Source of the DNA: Dictyoglomus turgidum DSM 6724
GTDB taxonomy: Bacteria > Dictyoglomota > Dictyoglomia > Dictyoglomales > Dictyoglomaceae
Length of the DNA stretch: 32,000 nucleotides
Assembly: GCF_000021645.1 (NCBI RefSeq)
Contig: NC_011661.1
Span: forward strand, 723 to 32,722
Reading direction: 5' to 3'
Part shown: positions 26,683-32,000 of the stretch, one piece after another
How the letters are laid out: the number at the start of each line of letters is the position of its first letter
Position numbering within the stretch: the stretch's first letter is position 1
Made by a program: the position numbers and the translations under genes
The notes under the pieces: model-generated
The model's database searches: none
Seen by the model: the letters and a program-made list of their open reading frames with translations, nothing else
Told to the model about the DNA's origin: nothing

Positions 26683-27806
26683 TTTATAATAAAACCATTA
26701 GCAATGTGCATTAGAGAGGATATGGACATAGTCAAAGTATTGCTCAAAGCAAGATATACAGGAAGATCCTCCTTAGGAGAAATAGAGGTTATTAAAAATC
26801 CAGTGGTCAAAATATTAGATACAAAAGTTAGATTCAACAGAGCGAATCCAGAAAGCAGAAAGTAAATATCTTTAAATATCAAAGCCAAAAATAATCCTAA
26901 AATGCCCAAAAGTATACCCAAAGATAGAACTTTTTTATATCCCAAAATCTTTGTTAATTCTCCAAGAATATAATTCCCTAAAATACTTACAATTATTGCT
27001 ACCAAATTAAAAATTGTAACAAAATTATAACCCTTAAAACTTTTGGTAGCATAAACGATAAAATAGGGAAGAGAAGTCAAAGAAAGACCAAGAAAGATAA
27101 AGGAAAAAACAAGTCTTTTAAAATTCAAATCCCTTTTGAGAAAAGAAAAAGCTCTTAAGAGAAAGACACCTAAAGGAAGAGCTTCTTCCTGAGTTTCTTC
27201 TTCTGGTTCATCAATAATATAAAAAAGTACTGCATCAATAAAGAGGATTATCATTCCTGTGAAAAAGATAAGTACAAAATTATAGGGAAAAGAAAATCTA
27301 TTTAAATAAAAGTTCAATAGATAAGTTGTAAGAATAGCCACTAAGTTGCCTACTGCACTACCTCTTCCTATAATTTTTCCCCTTTCCCCATAAGGAAGTA
27401 TCTTATTAATGATGCTGAAATAAAAGGGTCCGTAGGTTCCTACAAACATATTAAAAATTCCATAGAAAAGTAAAAACATGTATATAGTAAAAGTATTTCC
27501 AAGGCTTTTAATTAAAAAGGGCAAAAAGAAAGAGAAAAGAAGAAAAGAAAGTCTTTGGATAAAAAGAAGTTTTGCAAAAACTTTAGTTTTTACTCTTAAT
27601 TTTTGAACAAATCTTGCCACAAAAAGAGAAGGCAAAAAACTCCCTAAGGTGACAAGAAAATTAGCAAAACTTATATGAAAACTTGAAGCAGAAAGGGATA
27701 AGAGAAAATAAGGTATTACAGTATTTATATTCAAAAAAATCATACCGTTTATAAAAAGAGCAGGATCAATAAAAGCTATAAATCTGTTCTTGTTAAACCT
27801 TTCCAA
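26586..27806 (-). CDS. MFS-type transporter
   Basis: 406 aa with about 12 predicted hydrophobic helices and a central charged loop (DEPEEETQEE). TTG start with Shine-Dalgarno AAGGAGGT 5 nt upstream. Confidence 0.7.
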   Translation of the reverse strand: MERFNKNRFIAFIDPALFINGMIFLNINTVIPYFLLSLSASSFHISFANFLVTLGSFLPSLFVARFVQKLRVKTKVFAKLLFIQRLSFLLFSFFLPFLIKSLGNTFTIYMFLLFYGIFNMFVGTYGPFYFSIINKILPYGERGKIIGRGSAVGNLVAILTTYLLNFYLNRFSFPYNFVLIFFTGMIILFIDAVLFYIIDEPEEETQEEALPLGVFLLRAFSFLKRDLNFKRLVFSFIFLGLSLTSLPYFIVYATKSFKGYNFVTIFNLVAIIVSILGNYILGELTKILGYKKVLSLGILLGILGLFLALIFKDIYFLLSGFALLNLTFVSNILTTGFLITSISPKEDLPVYLALSNTLTMSISSLMHIANGFIINYVGFEALFLISLIFLVISLFSMERVVTTSTS

Positions 27807-27835
27807 AAGTAAACCTCCTTAATTTTTTTAGAAAA

Positions 27836-27844
27836 ATTATATCA
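27836..27844 (-). promoter_or_regulatory. Extended -10 element of the MFS transporter gene
   Basis: On the minus strand, TGATATAAT lies 29 nt upstream of the TTG start, with the Shine-Dalgarno AAGGAGGT in between. Confidence 0.45.
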
Positions 27845-27932
27845 TAACTCTTTAAAATGGTTTTTTATAGATAAAGTCAATTTAAATAAATATCGGAAAT
27901 ATATTACCGTAAGCCTTTTTAAAAATTAATAA

Positions 27933-27961
27933 TTGACAAATTTACATATGTAAAATATAAT
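27933..27961 (+). promoter_or_regulatory. Consensus sigma-A promoter of the glutamate synthase operon, with an embedded 14-bp palindrome
   Basis: TTGACA (27933..27938), a 17-nt spacer, then TATAAT (27956..27961), a perfect match to consensus. The spacer contains the perfect palindrome TTTACATATGTAAA (27941..27954). Confidence 0.7.
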
Positions 27962-28021
27962 TTTCTACCACACTCTTAAAACAACGGGGTTTGAGGGAAA
28001 CAAAAGAAAGGAGGAAATCTC

Positions 28022-29119
28022 ATGCTTAGAGAAGGTGAAATAAGAATTCCATCTGCTTGTGGTTTAATAGGCTATATTAATAGAAAGTGGAAAACCTCCT
28101 CAGGAGATCATATTATTAGTGCCATGACCGTTATGAGAGAAAGGGGAAATGGCTTAGGAGCAGGTTTTGCAGGCTATGGAATATATCCCGATAGAAAGGA
28201 CTATTATGCTTTTCATCTTTTCTATGAAAACATAAAGGCAAAAGAGGAAACCTCAGAATTCCTATACAAATATTTCGATGTGGTTCGAGAAGAAAAAATC
28301 CCTACAAGGAAAGTAAAAACTATTAAAAATCCTCCCCTTACCTATAGATATTTTTTGAAACCAAAAGAAGAGTATTTAGAAGAAGAGGAAATTTCAGAAG
28401 AGGATTTCGTTGCAGAAAAGGTTATGGAGATAAATAGCAAAATTGACGGAGCATATGTTTTTTCAAGCGGAAAAAACATGGGAGTATTTAAAGGAGTAGG
28501 ATATCCTGAAGAGATAGGAGAATTTTACAGGTTAGAAGAATATAAAGGATATATCTGGACTGCTCATACTCGTTTTCCTACAAATACCCCTGGATGGTGG
28601 GGCGGAGCTCATCCTTTTGCTCTTTTAGACTGGAGTGTGGTTCATAATGGAGAAATTTCTTCCTACGGAGCAAATGTAAGATATATAGAGATGTTTGGAT
28701 ACAAATGTACCTTAAAGACTGATACAGAGGTTATCACATATATAGTAGATCTTTTAGTAAGAAAACACAAATTATCCTGGGATATCACTGCAAAGATTCT
28801 TTCCGCTCCCTTTTATAGTGTTATTGAAGGAATGGAAGAGGAAGAGAAAAATAAATTAAAAGCTTTAAGAGCTGTATATCAAAGCTGTCTCCTTAATGGC
28901 CCTTTTGCCATTATTGTGGGATTTTCCAATGGAATAGTTGCCCTTAATGATCGTATTAAGTTAAGACCCTTAGTAGCAGCAGAAAAGGGAGAAACTTTGT
29001 ATGTAGCCTCTGAAGAGGCTGCCGTAAAAGAAATATGTCAAAATCCTGATAGAGTCTGGATGCCTAAAGGAGGAGAACCAGTAATAGGACTTCTTGAGGA
29101 AGTGGAGGTTTTAGTATGA
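28022..29119 (+). CDS. Archaeal-type glutamate synthase, class II glutamine amidotransferase subunit (GltB domain 1)
   Basis: 365 aa with an Ntn-type Cys after a short propeptide (IPSACGLIGY) and the motifs HTRFPTNT and VVHNGEISSYG. A Shine-Dalgarno AAGGAGG lies 7 nt upstream. Confidence 0.85.
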   Translation: MLREGEIRIPSACGLIGYINRKWKTSSGDHIISAMTVMRERGNGLGAGFAGYGIYPDRKDYYAFHLFYENIKAKEETSEFLYKYFDVVREEKIPTRKVKTIKNPPLTYRYFLKPKEEYLEEEEISEEDFVAEKVMEINSKIDGAYVFSSGKNMGVFKGVGYPEEIGEFYRLEEYKGYIWTAHTRFPTNTPGWWGGAHPFALLDWSVVHNGEISSYGANVRYIEMFGYKCTLKTDTEVITYIVDLLVRKHKLSWDITAKILSAPFYSVIEGMEEEEKNKLKALRAVYQSCLLNGPFAIIVGFSNGIVALNDRIKLRPLVAAEKGETLYVASEEAAVKEICQNPDRVWMPKGGEPVIGLLEEVEVLV

Positions 29120-30623
29120 AGAGTTTGTACGAAGCTGATTTTATTGTTATAAGGGATGAAACTAAATGTATAAGATGTAAAGTTTGAGTAAGACAATGCG
29201 CCAATGGAGTTCATGAATACGATGAGGAAGAAGATAGAATAATCTCGGATAATTCCAAATGCGTAGGTTGTCATAGATGCGTAGCCTTATGTCCTACAAA
29301 AGCATTAACCATAATGAAGAATCCATTGGAGTTTAGGGAAAACTATCAATGGACTACAAGAGCTATAAAGGATATATATAAACAGGCAGAAACAGGCGGA
29401 ATTCTTCTTACTGGAATGGGAAACGATAAACCATACCCCATATATTGGGACAGACTTTTAATAAATGCAAGCCAAGTAACAAATCCCTCTATCGATCCTT
29501 TAAGAGAGCCTATGGAAATGAAGACCTTTATTGGGAGGAAACCCGAAAAATTAGAATTTGATGAGAATGGAAGATTATTAACTAAAATGCCTCCCCAATT
29601 AGAACTTGAAGTTCCTGTTATGTTTTCTGCCATGTCCTTTGGATCAATTAGTCTAAATGCTTGTGAATCCTTAGCAAGAGCAGCGGTAGAGGTAGGAACT
29701 TATTGGAACACTGGAGAGGGTGGTCTTCATAAAAAACTTTATCCTTATAAACATAGAGCTATAGTTCAATGTGCATCAGGAAGATTTGGGATGGATATTG
29801 ACTATCTATATGCAGGAGCCGCTATTGAAATAAAAATCGGACAAGGAGCAAAACCTGGAATAGGAGGACACCTACCCGGGGAAAAGTAGGTGAAGAGGTA
29901 TCTGCCACCAGGATGATACCTGTTGGAACTGACGCATTGTCTCCTGCACCTCATCATGATATCTATTCCATTGAAGATTTAAGACAACTTATCTTTGCCT
30001 TAAAAGAAGCAGTAAATTATGAAAAACCTGTAGGAGTAAAGATTGCTGCAGTACACAACGTGGCAGCAATAGCTTCTGGAATCGTAAGAGCAGGAGCAGA
30101 CTTTATAGTAATAGATGGTTTTAGAGGAGGAACCGGTGCAGCTCCTACAAGAATCCGAGACAATGTAGGCATTCCCATAGAACTCGCCTTAGCCTCGGTA
30201 GATTCCCGCTTAAGGGAAGAGGGAATAAGGAATCAAGTATCCATTATAGCAGCAGGTTCTATAAGAAATAGCGCTGATGTAATTAAGGCTATAGCCTTAG
30301 GAGCTGATGCGTTATACATAGCCACAGCAGCTCTTATTTCCTTAGGTTGTCATCTTTGTCAAAACTGCCATACAGGAAAATGTAATTGGGGTATTGCCAC
30401 CCAAGACTCCAATTTAGTAAAGAGACTAAATCCAGAAATAGGAGCAAGAAGAGCAGCAAATCTTTTAAAAGCATGGGCTCATGAGATAAAGGAGATGTTG
30501 GGAGGTATGGGAATTAATGCTATAGAAAGTTTAAGAGGCAACAGATTAATGCTCAGAGGAGTGGGTTTAACTGAAAAAGAGCTTTCTATTCTAGGAGTAA
30601 AACATGCCGGGGAGGGTATGTAA
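29116..30623 (+). pseudogene. Archaeal-type glutamate synthase, ferredoxin plus FMN subunit (GltB domain 2), interrupted by an in-frame TGA (29185..29187) and a -1 frameshift (about 29886)
   Basis: The start is ATGA-coupled to the upstream gene. The N-terminus reads CIRCKV-TGA-VRQC, then CVGCHRCVALCP. The FMN-domain motif GQGAKPGIGGHLPGEK ends at TAG 29887 and resumes in the -1 frame as VGEEVSATRMIPVGTDALSPAPHHDIYSIEDL. The total span is 1508 nt, which is 503 codons minus 1 nt. Confidence 0.85.
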
Positions 30624-30842
30624 ATGATAAGTAAAACTAAGAAAAGAATATATCCTAAAGAAGAAGTATGTATTGGGTGTCATCTATGTGAAATATACTG
30701 TGTCCTTGCCCATTCCGGGACTCGGGATCTAATTAAGGCTTTTAAAAAGAAAGACAGACCTTCTCCCAGGGTTATTGTAGAAGAAAAAGAGGGATTTTAT
30801 ATAACCTTTGCACTGCAATGTCGTCATTGTGATGATCCTTAA
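30624..30842 (+). pseudogene. Truncated 4Fe-4S dicluster protein (N-terminal remnant)
   Basis: 72 aa. The first motif CIGCHLCEIYC is complete. The second begins QCRHCDDP and is cut mid-motif by TAA 30840..30842. Confidence 0.65.
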
Positions 30843-30845
30843 AGG

Positions 30846-31064
30846 TTGGAGAGAAATAGAAAAGTATATAGGAAGGTATATTTAAGAGACGGAAGAATTT
30901 TAGGATTTATGTTTATAAACTCCTTTGATAGAACAGGAATGATCGTAGACCTAATGAAAAATAAAGTAGATGTTTCAGAATTTAAAGAAAGACTCCTTTG
31001 GGATAATTTTGGATTTTTAGATTTCCCAAAGGAAATGAGGAGGGAGAAAATATGGAGGGTATAG
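30846..31064 (+). pseudogene. C-terminal remnant of an NAD(P)H/FAD pyridine nucleotide-disulfide oxidoreductase
   Basis: It is in the same reading frame as 30624..30842, separated only by TAA-AGG. The sequence YRKVYLRDGRILGFMFINSFDRTGMIVDLMKNKVDVSEFKERLL looks like the last 70 or so residues of NADH-oxidase-type enzymes. No Rossmann part is present. Confidence 0.6.
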
Positions 31065-31066
31065 AA

Positions 31067-31825
31067 ATGAAAATAATAGAAGATGCCATAACTATAAATG
31101 GGAAGGGCTTACACTATAAAGATCTCAATGAAAAGATAGAAGAGAAGTTAAAAGAGGGATATAGAAAAATAAAACTCATTAATATAAATGGACAAAGATA
31201 TATTGGGGCAGGACTTACTTTCCCAGAAAGAGAAATAGAGATATATGGAACTCCCGGAAATGATTTAGGAGTTTTTATGAATGGACTTAAAATAAAAGTA
31301 TACGGAAATAGCCAAGATGGTGTTGGAAATACTATGAATGATGGAGAGATAGTAATCTACGGATCTGCTGGGGATATTATGGGTTATGGAATGAGAGGGG
31401 GGAAGATATTTGTAAAGGGAGATGTAGGATATAGGGTAGGAATCCATATGAAGGAATACAAGGATAAAATTCCTGTGATTGTTATTGGAGGAACTGCTGG
31501 AGATTTCTTAGGAGAATATATGGCAGGTGGAAGGGTTATTGTATTAGGACTAAATACAGAAAAGGAAGAAAATCTTTGCGGATATTTTTGTAGCACAGGA
31601 ATTCATGGAGGACTAATTTATTTTAGGGGAATAATTCCTGAATACAAGTTAGGAAAAGAAGGGAAAATAGTAGAAATAGAAGAGGAGGACAAAAAATTCA
31701 TAGAAGAACATGTTAAAAAATTTTCTGAATATTTCGAAGTAGATTTTGACTTTATAATGGAAAAACCTTTTGTAAAAGTTATCCCATATAATAAGAGACC
31801 TTATGGAAAACTTTATGCATATTAA
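31067..31825 (+). CDS. Archaeal-type glutamate synthase, GXGXG subunit (GltB domain 3)
   Basis: Repeated GXGXG-type beta-helix motifs are present (YGNSQDGVGNTMNDGEIVIYGSAGDIMGYGMRGGKIFVKGDVGYRVG, GGTAGDFLGEYMAGGRVIVLG). GGAGGG lies 7 nt upstream of ATG 31067. An alternative in-frame ATG at 31052 also has a Shine-Dalgarno. Confidence 0.85.
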   Translation: MKIIEDAITINGKGLHYKDLNEKIEEKLKEGYRKIKLININGQRYIGAGLTFPEREIEIYGTPGNDLGVFMNGLKIKVYGNSQDGVGNTMNDGEIVIYGSAGDIMGYGMRGGKIFVKGDVGYRVGIHMKEYKDKIPVIVIGGTAGDFLGEYMAGGRVIVLGLNTEKEENLCGYFCSTGIHGGLIYFRGIIPEYKLGKEGKIVEIEEEDKKFIEEHVKKFSEYFEVDFDFIMEKPFVKVIPYNKRPYGKLYAY

Positions 31826-31847
31826 TATACTCTTGAACGAAGGAGGG

Positions 31848-31876
31848 TTGACAAAAAACTTATTACCTATTATCCT
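31848..31876 (+). promoter_or_regulatory. Possible cysK promoter
   Basis: TTGACA (31848..31853), a 17-nt spacer, then TATCCT (31871..31876). The -10 is weak. Confidence 0.3.
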
Positions 31877-31908
31877 CTACCTAAAAGGTATAAAATGGGA
31901 GGATAGAA

Positions 31909-32000
31909 ATGAGAGTAGCAAACAGTGTGATAGAACTTATAGGAAATACTCCTCTTGTAAAGTTAAACAAAATTACGGAAGGCTGTTTTGCAGAAGTATT
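31909..32000 (+). CDS. cysK: Cysteine synthase (O-acetylserine sulfhydrylase), N-terminal 30 codons (3' end outside the window)
   Basis: MRVANSVIELIGNTPLVKLNKITEGCFAEV matches the CysK/CysM N-terminal consensus. A Shine-Dalgarno GGGAGGA lies 5 nt upstream. Confidence 0.75.
   Translation, partial: MRVANSVIELIGNTPLVKLNKITEGCFAEV

Noticed and set aside
29210-29226. A candidate SECIS-like hairpin downstream of the in-frame TGA: UUCAU / AUGAG with a 7-nt loop.
   Set aside because: It has only 5 bp, including a G-U pair, and no extension is possible. That is too weak for a thermophile and unlike known bacterial SECIS stems. It does not support selenocysteine insertion on its own.
31052-31066. An alternative upstream start (ATG 31052) for the GXGXG subunit.
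   Set aside because: Both ATGs have a GGAGGG 7 nt upstream, so I cannot decide with certainty. I prefer 31067 because it lies after the stop of the preceding reading frame and gives an MKII N-terminus. The five extra residues are not informative.

Overview
This is an AT-rich bacterial chromosomal window whose proteins look thermophilic: they are rich in K, E and I, and a reverse gyrase is present. My impression is a Dictyoglomus- or Thermotogae-like organism, but I cannot verify that without a search. The content is almost entirely core housekeeping. In order: the dnaA 3' end; a zinc-ribbon gene with hflK and hflC; a secreted PEGA-repeat protein; a PAS-GAF-PAS-GGDEF cyclase; archaeal-type phosphoglycerate mutase; an ABC-2 exporter with one ATPase and two permeases; a bacterioferritin-like protein; a tightly overlapping recF-reverse gyrase-murT-gatD operon; a CIRCE-controlled grpE-dnaK-dnaJ operon; a compositionally distinct outer-membrane-like protein; lexA; a glycerol-3-phosphate-dehydrogenase-like FAD/NAD/DUF1667 trio; an MFS transporter; an archaeal-type split glutamate synthase operon; and the cysK 5' end. 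I found no rRNA, tRNA, CRISPR array, transposase, integrase, toxin-antitoxin pair or recognisable defence system, so I do not claim a novel system. The most unusual locus is the glutamate synthase operon. It has a perfect consensus promoter and strong coupling signals, yet it carries three separate ORF lesions: an in-frame TGA exactly at a cluster-ligating Cys, a -1 frameshift at A-AAG-TAG, and an in-frame deletion scar fusing two gene remnants. Other oddities: a zinc-ribbon gene split at an A7 run; an ABC ATPase with no canonical start codon; recF followed by reverse gyrase where gyrB is usually found; a long structured leader with a decoy Shine-Dalgarno upstream of the OMP-like gene; an apparently leaderless lexA; a promoter plus leader terminator upstream of the glp-like operon; and a 97-nt convergent CDS overlap. 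All functional calls come from motif recognition by eye. No database search was run.
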